From: a virus
Lineage: Duplodnaviria; Caudoviricetes
Strand: one strand, 5' to 3'
Virus record (IMG/VR): IMGVR_UViG_3300012953_005009
Span: 1-33,272 of that record
Length of the DNA: 33,272 nt
In this document: one piece after another, positions 24,383 to 32,265 of the stretch
Layout of the letters: each line of letters opens with the position of its first letter
Position numbering within the stretch: position 1 is the first letter of the stretch
Program-made: the position numbers and the translations under genes
Notes under the pieces: model-generated
What the model was told of the DNA's origin: nothing
The model's database searches: none
The model's input: only the letters and a program-made list of their open reading frames with translations

Positions 24383-25177
24383 TTATTCCTCCATGTATGC
24401 TTCTATAAAGCTTACTAGCCTTTCGGTAGTGGTTTCTCCAGAGTAGTCAGGATTAGACTTTAACCATCTTAAAAAACCATACCATTTAGATTGTTCTTCA
24501 GCATTTGAAAACACAAGGGTAAATTGAATTGCAGCAGAATCGCCACCTTCTACTTTTGTAGAAGTGCTTCCCTGCGTTACAATTGTTTCGGTAGGCACAA
24601 CTGGATTTATAGTAGTAGGTGCTAATATAGATGGAGTACCGCCGTCATCCTCGCCTTCTCCCACTGTTGGGGGAACACTACTGACAATTATCTGTGGTGC
24701 AGACCATGATGACCCGTCTTCACTCAGCGTCTCTGAAAGAATAAGTTTATTTTCCATAGATGCAACCGCAAAATCATCCCATCCTATTGAGTCAAAAAGA
24801 TCGTCTTGTATGAAATCTGAATTAGACACTTCAGATATCAAGTCAAATAGCAGCTCTCCATCGTTGCTTCCTAATTCAGATATTTTGTTATCGGCAAGGG
24901 CGAAAGCTAAAGCTTCTTGTTCGGACAAACTAACCACTGCTACTGCTATTTCTTGCCAGCCTAGTTCTTTAGCGGCTCGTAGCTGGTGGTTGCCAGCAAT
25001 GACCGTAAATTTACCATCTTCATCTTCTACAGCAACTATCGGTTTTAGCTGACCAAACTTATTGTAAGAAGCCTTGATCGCATCTACATCGCCTTGCCTT
25101 GGATTCCTTTCTAATGGCTTCAACATATCTACTGAGGTTGCTAGCTCTATTATAGAATCATCAATATTATGTATCAT
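24383..25177 (-). CDS. ParB/Srx N-terminal domain protein
   Basis: NPRQGDVDAIKAS..KFGQLKPIV...VIAGNH...AAKELGW...ALADNK, then a low-complexity linker and a short C-terminal domain. Confidence 0.88.
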   Translation of the reverse strand: MIHNIDDSIIELATSVDMLKPLERNPRQGDVDAIKASYNKFGQLKPIVAVEDEDGKFTVIAGNHQLRAAKELGWQEIAVAVVSLSEQEALAFALADNKISELGSNDGELLFDLISEVSNSDFIQDDLFDSIGWDDFAVASMENKLILSETLSEDGSSWSAPQIIVSSVPPTVGEGEDDGGTPSILAPTTINPVVPTETIVTQGSTSTKVEGGDSAAIQFTLVFSNAEEQSKWYGFLRWLKSNPDYSGETTTERLVSFIEAYMEE

Positions 25178-25548
25178 TAAAACTGTACCTGTGCCCTAAC
25201 ATTTGCAGCTAATGTTCGCAAAGCGTCACACGCTGTTCTTAAAGAATTTAATTTTTCTCTTTTGGATTTTACTAAAGCTTCTGCAACTAATGCTTCATAA
25301 TGAAGCTCGCTAGTTTTATAACCAGCCCAACTTTCTTTTTGCTTAACTGCGCCTTCGGCAGCTAGAAACTCTTTAAACCACTCTTTCTTATATTGCGCTT
25401 CTTTTTTAGCGTGGTCTGTTGCCAGCAACTCAAAAGCTTCTGTCTCTATTTCCATATCTTGTGTTATTCGTACAATTTCAGATTCTACATGAGCAGAGCT
25501 TATAGGTTGATTTCTAGTATATTGTCTGTTAAATCCGTCTTCTTTCAT
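25177..25548 (-). CDS. Helical/coiled-coil hypothetical protein (123 aa), possibly a recombination mediator
   Basis: ORF track. All-helical pattern, leaderless promoter directly upstream. The functional suggestion is a guess. Confidence 0.75.
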   Translation of the reverse strand: MKEDGFNRQYTRNQPISSAHVESEIVRITQDMEIETEAFELLATDHAKKEAQYKKEWFKEFLAAEGAVKQKESWAGYKTSELHYEALVAEALVKSKREKLNSLRTACDALRTLAANVRAQVQF

Positions 25549-25554
25549 GATAGT

Positions 25555-25583
25555 ATTCTATAAAACTTAACGTTAAAAAGCAA
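25555..25583 (-). promoter_or_regulatory. Sigma-A-type promoter giving a leaderless mRNA
   Basis: TTGCTT-N17-TAGAAT-N6-ATG(25548) with no SD. Confidence 0.75.
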
Positions 25584-25590
25584 ATTTATG

Positions 25591-26124
25591 CTATTCTACA
25601 TTAGGTAATTTACTCCAATCAATCTTATCTAAGGCTGACATACAATCAGCGTTCCAATTATATTCAGAAAGCCCAAACTTTGCTAACATCATTTCTCTTA
25701 AAACCCAAGCATCGCATTCATCGTCTGCGCCTGAGCCAGACCACACAATTCCAGTTTTTGCAGAAATATTAGAAACTACTTCCGCTTTATTAGCATTACC
25801 TTTACCAGTAGCAAACTTAGCTCTATTTGTAGGAGGTATCTCTACATAAGGAATGCCTGCTTGATACAGTTGTAACCGTATGACTCCGCCAAGTTCACCT
25901 TGGGCATGGGCGTGGCTAGATCTTTTAGCAAATGCGTATCCTTCTAAAGCAACTATAGGGCTTTTGACAGAAAGAAGAAGCTTTAAAACGTTAACACAAA
26001 TATCTTCTAACCTTCCCACATCTTTTAACTTAGACTGAATAGTTCCTGTGCCTTCATGCGTAGCCCATCCAGTAGATGTCAAACTTAAGTCAAATGCAAC
26101 AAAAGATTCTTTATTAAACACCAT
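25591..26124 (-). CDS. RuvC-like Holliday junction resolvase (actinophage type)
   Basis: AFDLSLTSTGWA, VALEGYAF, GELGG, KFATGKGNANK and DDECDA. ATG 26124 follows GAGGA; the track start is 26142. Confidence 0.88.
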   Translation of the reverse strand: MVFNKESFVAFDLSLTSTGWATHEGTGTIQSKLKDVGRLEDICVNVLKLLLSVKSPIVALEGYAFAKRSSHAHAQGELGGVIRLQLYQAGIPYVEIPPTNRAKFATGKGNANKAEVVSNISAKTGIVWSGSGADDECDAWVLREMMLAKFGLSEYNWNADCMSALDKIDWSKLPNVE

Positions 26125-26704
26125 ATCTATCCTCATATTCATCAGAAAATATAAAGTATTCTGGTACAGCAGGAATGCCCTTAGACCATGATTCTCTTAC
26201 ACGCTTAGCTTCAGCTATGCACTCATCTTTGTACATAGATCCACTTAAATGCAAGCCTAACAACGAACTATTAAAAGGATTTTCAGTTATAAACATATGA
26301 CAATCTCTACACACATTTAGCAATATTTTTTCATCTAAAATATCTCCACCTTGTGACCTGTTTACAATCTCATGCACATCTACAGCTTGCTTTGTCATAA
26401 TAATTCCTGATGTATTACTTGGCTTATCGCCCCACGATCTTACTTTTGTCATTTCAATCCTATGAAACACATTCACAGCCATACAAGCCTCGCACTCAGT
26501 GCCTTCACCCAATCTATCTTTTACAAGTTTCCGTCTTTTAACATACGTTGCAGACATTTTCTTAGATCGTTTATTTATAGGCTTATTTGATTTTAACTCA
26601 GAATTAGATTTAAGAGTGCTTTCTCCTCTGTTCAAAGGAGTTCTTTTAAGTTGACTGTCTCCCCTTTTCAAAGGAGTGCGCTTAAGAGGTTTTCCTCGTT
26701 TCAT
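26114..26704 (-). CDS. HNH-type endonuclease with basic N-terminal KRTPL repeats
   Basis: CEAC...DVHEIVNRSQGG...NVCRDCH. TGATG coupling at 26704. Confidence 0.8.
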   Translation of the reverse strand: MKRGKPLKRTPLKRGDSQLKRTPLNRGESTLKSNSELKSNKPINKRSKKMSATYVKRRKLVKDRLGEGTECEACMAVNVFHRIEMTKVRSWGDKPSNTSGIIMTKQAVDVHEIVNRSQGGDILDEKILLNVCRDCHMFITENPFNSSLLGLHLSGSMYKDECIAEAKRVRESWSKGIPAVPEYFIFSDEYEDRYGV

Positions 26705-27159
26705 CAAAATGTCCATTTACCATCAATAGCGTCCCATAACCCAACATCTGCTGGATCTACTGGTCGCTTATACTGTAGCTTTAGCTTCTTATGCATCAAT
26801 ATAGCATCTTTTAAAAAACTAGATAGTTTAGAATCAGCATCTTCAGTCTTTAAAAAAAGTAGTCTATCTACTTCAGCTAATTTCTTTTCAGCGTGAAACC
26901 TAAACCTCTCAGACTTTTCAATAACTTTTGCTATTGATTCTGCAGGATCATTTTCAAAATCAGGATAAGTACTTCGTAAAGATATAGCTTCTTTGTTAAG
27001 AGTGTCTAAACGTGTCTGTACGTTGTTTATAATCTTAATCAATGTCTTTTTCCATCTTTCCCTGTTATCAGGGGACCTTAGAATATCTTTAGTCGTTTGA
27101 TCCGCTCTGTTCTTGATATCTTCAGACACCATCAAAGCAAACTCTTGTTCACCTATCAT
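26704..27159 (-). CDS. Hypothetical helical protein
   Basis: ORF track (27180), start re-called at ATG 27159 because of a GGAGG RBS and TGATG overlap. Confidence 0.75.
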   Translation of the reverse strand: MIGEQEFALMVSEDIKNRADQTTKDILRSPDNRERWKKTLIKIINNVQTRLDTLNKEAISLRSTYPDFENDPAESIAKVIEKSERFRFHAEKKLAEVDRLLFLKTEDADSKLSSFLKDAILMHKKLKLQYKRPVDPADVGLWDAIDGKWTF

Positions 27160-27932
27160 CACTTCCTCCAAGCAGGACACATACTTTTAAAACTGCACCA
27201 ATTACATAAAGGCCCTGTCCTCGTCTCAAAAACTCCAGTAGAACAACTTGTAGTTAACTCATTCCAAGTTTGAACAATATTAGCTTTTACATTACTTATA
27301 ACTTTAGGCTTAGGGTCATACACTGCTTTACTTGGTGACTTCAAGTAAATTAGCTCGGCTCTACCAACCTCTAAACCAGTCATTTGCTCAAGCAAAATTG
27401 AATATATCATTATCTGCATTTGCTTTTCCCACTCATACCTCGGCTTAGGCTTTTTACCAGTTTTATAATCTGATATAACAAGCTTGTCTTCTTCTATGGT
27501 CCAACGGTCAATAATCCCAAAAATCGGAACACCATCAATATCGCCGCTTACTTTTTCTTCAATACCCTTGGCCTCAAAAGACGTAGGATCTTCAAGCTTA
27601 AAATAGTTCTCAACACACCACCAAGCTTTCCAACGAAACTGATTTTCAGTTGACTCTTTGACTGGCAAACTTGCAAATTCTTGGCCCCATGAATTATCCC
27701 ACAGTTGCTTACCAATTCTTCTAGCGCTACTTTCGTTCCTATCGTCAGCATCAAGTTTAAACAGCTCTTCTAGTATCTCATGCACAAACGAACCTACTAC
27801 TTGAGCCTCTGTAGAAGGTTCAGGCAGTCTATCAAGCTTTGCGAACTTGTACCGCATTGGGCACTGATTAAAAGTTCCTATAGAGCTTGGGGACATGTAC
27901 TCAGGAGTAGCATATAGCTCTAAATTACTCAC
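27159..27932 (-). CDS. PD-(D/E)XK RecB/Cas4-like exonuclease with 4-Cys Fe-S staple
   Basis: SPSS...QCP, GSFVH, GIIDR, ISDYKTG, QIMIY and C-terminal CNWC....CP. Confidence 0.92.
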   Translation of the reverse strand: MSNLELYATPEYMSPSSIGTFNQCPMRYKFAKLDRLPEPSTEAQVVGSFVHEILEELFKLDADDRNESSARRIGKQLWDNSWGQEFASLPVKESTENQFRWKAWWCVENYFKLEDPTSFEAKGIEEKVSGDIDGVPIFGIIDRWTIEEDKLVISDYKTGKKPKPRYEWEKQMQIMIYSILLEQMTGLEVGRAELIYLKSPSKAVYDPKPKVISNVKANIVQTWNELTTSCSTGVFETRTGPLCNWCSFKSMCPAWRK

Positions 27933-28560
27933 CTGTGCTGCTCTCCTTTACCCAAGCAAGCATCTTATCTAAAAGCTCACCAGTAACATTGTCATTACTA
28001 AACTCAGCATTGTTGGATATAGTTGCCCAATATTTTTTAGCACCTTCAATAACATCTTGAGTTTGGCCGTTTAAGACCTTTCTAAGTTTGTCAAAGTGTT
28101 CTGAAGAAATTGCTGAAGCAGCTTGCTCTTCTATATGCTCTAAATGTTTTGATTCTTCTGATCTTGCCAAATAAAGACCTACCCCAAAATGTTGGGCAGC
28201 CTTTTTAAGTGCATCTGAAACTGCACCCTTCATCTCATCACCAAGATCTAAAATATCACCATTACGAGTTCTTTTTATTTTCTGCCCGCCTATACCATCT
28301 TTATGCACAACAATAGTCGGTGCTTTGTCAGTAGGCACAAATGTAACTGATAGCCTTACATGGGCGACTACAAAATCAGGATCAAGTTGATCTCTTTCGC
28401 ACTTAATAATTTCATACGACCACATATCCACACCCAGAACTTTATTTAGTCTAGTAATAACTTCGCTTATTGGGATATAGGTTAAGCTAGTGCCACCTTT
28501 TTTAAGCTGTTTTTCAACCTCTGAAGGAAAAGGCTCAGACAATAAAGTTAACATATTCAT
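27925..28560 (-). CDS. Rad52/Rad22-family single-strand annealing protein (Sak-like)
   Basis: LTYIPISEVITRLNKVLG..WS, DGIG and KGAVSDALKKAAQHFGVGLYL. Confidence 0.9.
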   Translation of the reverse strand: MNMLTLLSEPFPSEVEKQLKKGGTSLTYIPISEVITRLNKVLGVDMWSYEIIKCERDQLDPDFVVAHVRLSVTFVPTDKAPTIVVHKDGIGGQKIKRTRNGDILDLGDEMKGAVSDALKKAAQHFGVGLYLARSEESKHLEHIEEQAASAISSEHFDKLRKVLNGQTQDVIEGAKKYWATISNNAEFSNDNVTGELLDKMLAWVKESSTGE

Positions 28561-29066
28561 TTGTCTCTCCTAACTACCAAACTACTTTTAGGCGGACTTA
28601 CTTCACAATACTCATCTGGATCAATGTTGAGATCCTTCAAAGCACCAACACGCCAATAAGAAACAGCCCCATATTTCAACATATCGCCCATCATCTCTCT
28701 AGGGGTTTTTCTAACTTCACCCGTGTCAATATCAATGGATGATTCATATATCCGTTGAGCTACGTCTTGCGCTAATGCTGCATGGTCCCAAGCTTTTCTA
28801 GATGAACCAGACTTAACCTCAATAGTAGCACCCTCAACATTTATAGGCGCAGCAGTAAATCCAATACGCTCAACAGTTTCATCTTGCATAGCCCCAAACA
28901 AACGAGTTACGGTAGCTTTAACTAAGTGCATATCGCTTACATCTTGTAAGACTTCTTCGTTAGACAATCTCTTAGTTTTATAGTCTTCGTAGAATGATGT
29001 GTCTAACTCTTCACATGCATCCAATATGGACTTGATAATATCTTTAGTAGCCAATTTAGCCTCCAT
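28557..29066 (-). CDS. Hypothetical protein (169 aa), first gene of the recombination operon
   Basis: ORF track. ATGA overlap with the Rad52-like gene and its own promoter upstream. Confidence 0.8.
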   Translation of the reverse strand: MEAKLATKDIIKSILDACEELDTSFYEDYKTKRLSNEEVLQDVSDMHLVKATVTRLFGAMQDETVERIGFTAAPINVEGATIEVKSGSSRKAWDHAALAQDVAQRIYESSIDIDTGEVRKTPREMMGDMLKYGAVSYWRVGALKDLNIDPDEYCEVSPPKSSLVVRRDK

Positions 29067-29087
29067 AATAAAATAATAGTTACGTAT

Positions 29088-29116
29088 ATTCTATTACGAC
29101 TAAACATAAAAGTCAA
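29088..29116 (-). promoter_or_regulatory. Sigma-A-type promoter
   Basis: TTGACT-N17-TAGAAT, 21 nt before ATG 29066. Confidence 0.75.
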
Positions 29117-29505
29117 TAGTCACCAAGAATGTCTTTGATACCCTCTTCAAAAGAAGTCTCTTCAATATAATTAGCACTTCTATCACGGACAAGATTTTCT
29201 AGTATGCCCTCTAATGTATCTGCAAGATGCTTTATTGCTATATCCCTAACCATCTCACGCTTAAGCTCTTCATCAAAGTTATCTATCATGTCTTCAGTTA
29301 TCTTACTAACAACAAACTCATCAATAATATCTCTTGAATACGTTGCAGATATACCAATAACAATATTAGAACTATCCCACAATAAAACACGATAATCTTT
29401 TGTACCTAAAGCAGCATCATCAGCAGTGATAAACCTTACCCTAACATCACCCCTATACAAAATAGCCAATGTGTCTGGATCTTCATCTGTCTCGTAGTAC
29501 TTCAT
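29113..29505 (-). CDS. Acidic hypothetical protein (130 aa)
   Basis: ORF track. ATGA overlap with whiB. Confidence 0.8.
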   Translation of the reverse strand: MKYYETDEDPDTLAILYRGDVRVRFITADDAALGTKDYRVLLWDSSNIVIGISATYSRDIIDEFVVSKITEDMIDNFDEELKREMVRDIAIKHLADTLEGILENLVRDRSANYIEETSFEEGIKDILGDY

Positions 29506-29726
29506 GCCGCAGAAACAATTCTCTCTATCTCAGGACCAGTTTTTCCGCCCCAAACACCAATTGTAAGCTCATTCTCAACCGCCATAACTAAACATTCGCC
29601 TAAGTAAGGACACTCGTTTGTGCATATTTTTTTAGCTACATTTCTATCCGAAGTTTCCGAAGAAAAAAATAATCTATCTTGACCTCTGCAGGGCGTGCTG
29701 TTATACCAAGTTGGAGTTTTTATCAT
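29502..29726 (-). CDS. whiB: WhiB-family Fe-S transcription factor (74 aa)
   Basis: W....PC...LFF...AKKICTNECP...ECL..A...GVWGG, with four Cys. True start is ATG 29726 (leaderless), not 29843. Confidence 0.93.
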   Translation of the reverse strand: MIKTPTWYNSTPCRGQDRLFFSSETSDRNVAKKICTNECPYLGECLVMAVENELTIGVWGGKTGPEIERIVSAA

Positions 29727-29732
29727 AATTGT

Positions 29733-29761
29733 ATCATACCTGTCTTTTGTAAAGTAGACAA
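29733..29761 (-). promoter_or_regulatory. Leaderless promoter of whiB
   Basis: TTGTCT-N17-TATGAT-N6-ATG. Confidence 0.75.
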
Positions 29762-29775
29762 GCGAAATCTGCCCC

Positions 29776-29804
29776 TTGACACAAATTAATAAACATGATA
29801 AATT
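29776..29804 (+). promoter_or_regulatory. Rightward promoter into the non-coding gap
   Basis: TTGACA-N17-TAAATT with a TG extension. Confidence 0.65.
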
Positions 29805-29810
29805 AATTAG

Positions 29811-30230
29811 CAAAGTATTAAAAGGAGCGTTATTAAAAAACACAACTAGGAAATCCTAATGACATAAAGGTTTACTGAATAGTCGGTGGGTTAGACATAT
29901 ACGAAACTGGTGTAATGAACAGGACACGTCTACCTCAAAGAGGAGCAATTTGAATCGCACGATAAACTAGAAAAACATACTTGGTAGTATGCTAGTCACT
30001 GCACGGAGAGCATTAAGACTTGAGAGGATAGATTCGGAACTAGCAAGAGTCCAAGCGGTTCCGGCACACGGGCAACCAGAGCCATATCTGGGGAGTGTTG
30101 CATCACTGAAAAAATAGGTGGTGTTGGGACTTGAAGGTAAATAGATCTTAAAAAATACGGGTACAGCCTTGAGCATAACGTGCGGAAATTACCATATACC
30201 ACACGATATGGGTAGAGGAGTACGCCCAAA
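29811..30230 (+). ncRNA. Candidate structured non-coding RNA (~400 nt)
   Basis: Has its own promoter, no convincing ORF and several hand-found hairpins. Family not recognised. Confidence 0.4.
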
Positions 30231-30238
30231 ATTAAGCC

Positions 30239-30267
30239 TTGACTTACAGCCAATAAAAGAGTAGAAT
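30239..30267 (+). promoter_or_regulatory. Leaderless promoter of recA
   Basis: TTGACT-N17-TAGAAT-N6-ATG(30274) with no SD. Confidence 0.8.
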
Positions 30268-30273
30268 ACCAGC

Positions 30274-31248
30274 ATGACTAAAGAACAACTTTTAAAAGAC
30301 GCCTTAGGGCAAATAGAAAAACAATTTGGAGAAGGCTCAATTATGAGACTAGGGGACAACACCTCTATGGAAATTGAAACCATCTCAACAGGCTCAATAG
30401 CCTTAGACATAGCGCTCGGAGTGGGTGGACTACCCAAAGGACGAGTGTGTGAAATATACGGACCAGAATCCTCTGGTAAAACCACTCTTGCTTTACATGT
30501 TGTAGCAGAAGCCCAAAAGCTTGGCGGTTCGTGCGCATTCATTGATGCTGAGCACGCATTAGACCCTATCTATGCAGAAGCTATCGGATGTGATGTAGAC
30601 AACTTGTTAGTAAGCCAGCCTGATACTGGAGAACAAGCGCTTACAATTACAAATAAACTCATAGAGTCTGGTGCTATAGACGTTATCGTTGTTGACTCAG
30701 TAGCTGCTCTAACTCCTGCAAAAGAAATAGAAGGAGAGATGGGCGACAGCTTCGTGGGATTACATGCAAGGCTTATGTCACAAGCAATGCGTAAGATAGT
30801 TGCTAACTTAAACAACTCAAAAACAATTCTTATTATGATCAACCAGATCAGAGAAAAAATTGGTGTTATGTTTGGTTCCCCTGAAACGACAACAGGTGGG
30901 CGTGCTCTGAAGTTCTACTCATCTGTGCGATTAGACATTCGCAGAATAGAAACCCTAAAAGCAGACGGAGAAGCATCAGGAAACAAAACAAGAGTTAAAG
31001 TTGTAAAGAACAAAGTTGCTCCTCCTTTCCGACAAGCAGAATTTGAAATTACCTACGGTGAAGGAATTAGCCGAACAGGTGACATTGTTGACATAGGGGC
31101 ACAACTAGGCATCATAGATAAAAAAGGCGCTTGGTACGCATACAATGGTGAGAACATCGGGCAAGGGCGTCTCAACACCAAAATCTTCCTAGACGACAAC
31201 ACAGACGTTCGTGAAGAAATAGCATCTAAAATATACGAAGCTGTATAA
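30274..31248 (+). CDS. recA: Recombinase RecA (bacterial type)
   Basis: [70 protein letters not shown] and KNKVAPPF. Confidence 0.98.
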   Translation: MTKEQLLKDALGQIEKQFGEGSIMRLGDNTSMEIETISTGSIALDIALGVGGLPKGRVCEIYGPESSGKTTLALHVVAEAQKLGGSCAFIDAEHALDPIYAEAIGCDVDNLLVSQPDTGEQALTITNKLIESGAIDVIVVDSVAALTPAKEIEGEMGDSFVGLHARLMSQAMRKIVANLNNSKTILIMINQIREKIGVMFGSPETTTGGRALKFYSSVRLDIRRIETLKADGEASGNKTRVKVVKNKVAPPFRQAEFEITYGEGISRTGDIVDIGAQLGIIDKKGAWYAYNGENIGQGRLNTKIFLDDNTDVREEIASKIYEAV

Positions 31249-31282
31249 AAAGAAAACCCCGCCTCATAGAGACGGAGTTTTC
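31246..31282. terminator. Intrinsic terminator, likely bidirectional
   Basis: GAAAACCCCG...CGGAGTTTTC hairpin directly after the recA stop. The preceding A-run gives a U-tract on the minus strand. Confidence 0.75.
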
Positions 31283-31356
31283 AACCGACTCTCTATAAGG
31301 TTGAGGACAAAAGGAGCGTCTTCAAAAACCTCAACCCTATAAAGCTTCGTTTTATA
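31246..31356 (-). ncRNA. Candidate ~110-nt sRNA with an anti-SD-like loop
   Basis: Promoter TTGATT-N17-TATACT (31390-31362), a GGTTGAGG/CCTCAACC stem enclosing GACGCUCCUUUUG, then a terminator. No ATG-initiated ORF. Confidence 0.55.
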
Positions 31357-31408
31357 TTCTTAGTATACTAGAGTTCCAAAGTGAAATCAACCAGTACACT
31401 GTGAAAAA

Positions 31409-31606
31409 TTAGCTACCAACGTTTGTAGAACCAGGATCGCCAACCTTAGTTGATGCCCAGCTCTTAACTACTGATAGACCAGCAGCTACTGCGGAAGCTA
31501 AAGCGGTCTTTGCGGAACTCATATCAGTTACCACGAAGACAGACAGAAAAGCTTGCACAAAAGTTGCAACTGATTTTTCAATCATCTGTTTCATAACAGG
31601 ATTCAT
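31409..31606 (-). CDS. Holin, r1t-like (actinophage type)
   Basis: EKSVATFVQAFL...AVAAGLSVVKS...GDPGS pattern with two hydrophobic helices. AGGAG RBS before ATG 31606. Confidence 0.75.
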   Translation of the reverse strand: MNPVMKQMIEKSVATFVQAFLSVFVVTDMSSAKTALASAVAAGLSVVKSWASTKVGDPGSTNVGS

Positions 31607-31732
31607 AGTTTTAATCTCCTTATAGGGGAAGTTAATTAATGAGAATGGTTTATCCATCCTTTTAATAGTCTATACGGAAGATATATCAAAGATCGTTCCT
31701 TTTATAGAATATAACTTGAAATAAAACTTTAT

Positions 31733-31810
31733 TTAACAGCAATCATCGCAGCCACAGAAGCAGTCTGGGCCATCGCAATCACAATATTGGCAATGGAAAT
31801 CTTCACTCAC
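31733..31810 (-). CDS. 25-aa Cys-rich metallothionein-like peptide; missing from the ORF track
   Basis: AAAGGA RBS, GTG start, MSEDFHCQYCDCDGPDCFCGCDDCC* (8 Cys). Begins 7 nt after the upstream stop. Confidence 0.7.
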   Translation of the reverse strand: MSEDFHCQYCDCDGPDCFCGCDDCC

Positions 31811-31817
31811 AGTTTAC

Positions 31818-32084
31818 TTATCCTTTCGCTTTAGATGGTTTACTTGCTCCAGAGAAAGCTGCATCCAGCTCCTCACGTGTCAAAACGCCATCATCAGCGA
31901 AAGCAATAGCAATCTTTTGTAGGACTTGGGCTACAGCCGCTACCCCACTAAGTATTGCAGCTTTGTGGACTGGGATGTCCCCAATCATGGAAGCACCACC
32001 AATAATAGCCATGCACTGTATACCGAACACACTAAGTATTCGTAACACTGTATTGCCGAATAAAGCTAATGAGCTATTCTTCAT
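31818..32084 (-). CDS. Two-TM membrane protein (holin-like)
   Basis: Two hydrophobic segments and a C-terminal FADDGVLTREELDAAF. Sits in the membrane-gene cluster. Confidence 0.75.
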   Translation of the reverse strand: MKNSSLALFGNTVLRILSVFGIQCMAIIGGASMIGDIPVHKAAILSGVAAVAQVLQKIAIAFADDGVLTREELDAAFSGASKPSKAKG

Positions 32085-32265
32085 TTTTGGTAAAACTCCT
32101 ATGGTCTAGTGCAGTGCCTACTAAATGCATTATTAAGCCTGCTATGCTTATTATTATACCTTGCTTTAGCAAAGACGAGCTCAAAGTGATAAGAACGAGG
32201 CCTGTTCCAGCCAAAGTGAACCCAAGAGTAAAGCACTCTTTTAAAAGTCTTCGTATGTAACTCAT
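32074..32265 (-). CDS. Small two-TM membrane protein (63 aa)
   Basis: Hydrophobic segments FTLGFTLAGTGLVLITL and GIIISIAGLIMHLVG. Coupled to its neighbours. Confidence 0.75.
   Translation of the reverse strand: MSYIRRLLKECFTLGFTLAGTGLVLITLSSSLLKQGIIISIAGLIMHLVGTALDHRSFTKNEE

Noticed and set aside
27159-27932. CRISPR-Cas system suggested by the Cas4-like nuclease
   Set aside because: I saw no repeat-spacer array and no other cas genes. The context is a recombination operon.
29727-29843. 39-aa N-terminal extension of WhiB in the ORF track
   Set aside because: It spans two divergent promoters, and leaderless geometry points to ATG 29726.
29967-30253. Short ORFs in the whiB-recA gap (minus 29967-30176 and 29996-30253; plus 29989-30117, 42 aa)
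   Set aside because: None has an adjacent SD or leaderless promoter or a recognisable motif. The 42-aa ORF cannot be fully excluded.
19040-31248. Inteins or introns in terL or recA
   Set aside because: Both have normal length and continuous motifs.
29811-31400. tRNA, tmRNA or RNase P genes in the intergenic gaps
   Set aside because: I found no cloverleaf with a T-loop GTTCRA and acceptor stem, and no GAGGAAAGTCC-type RNase P signature.
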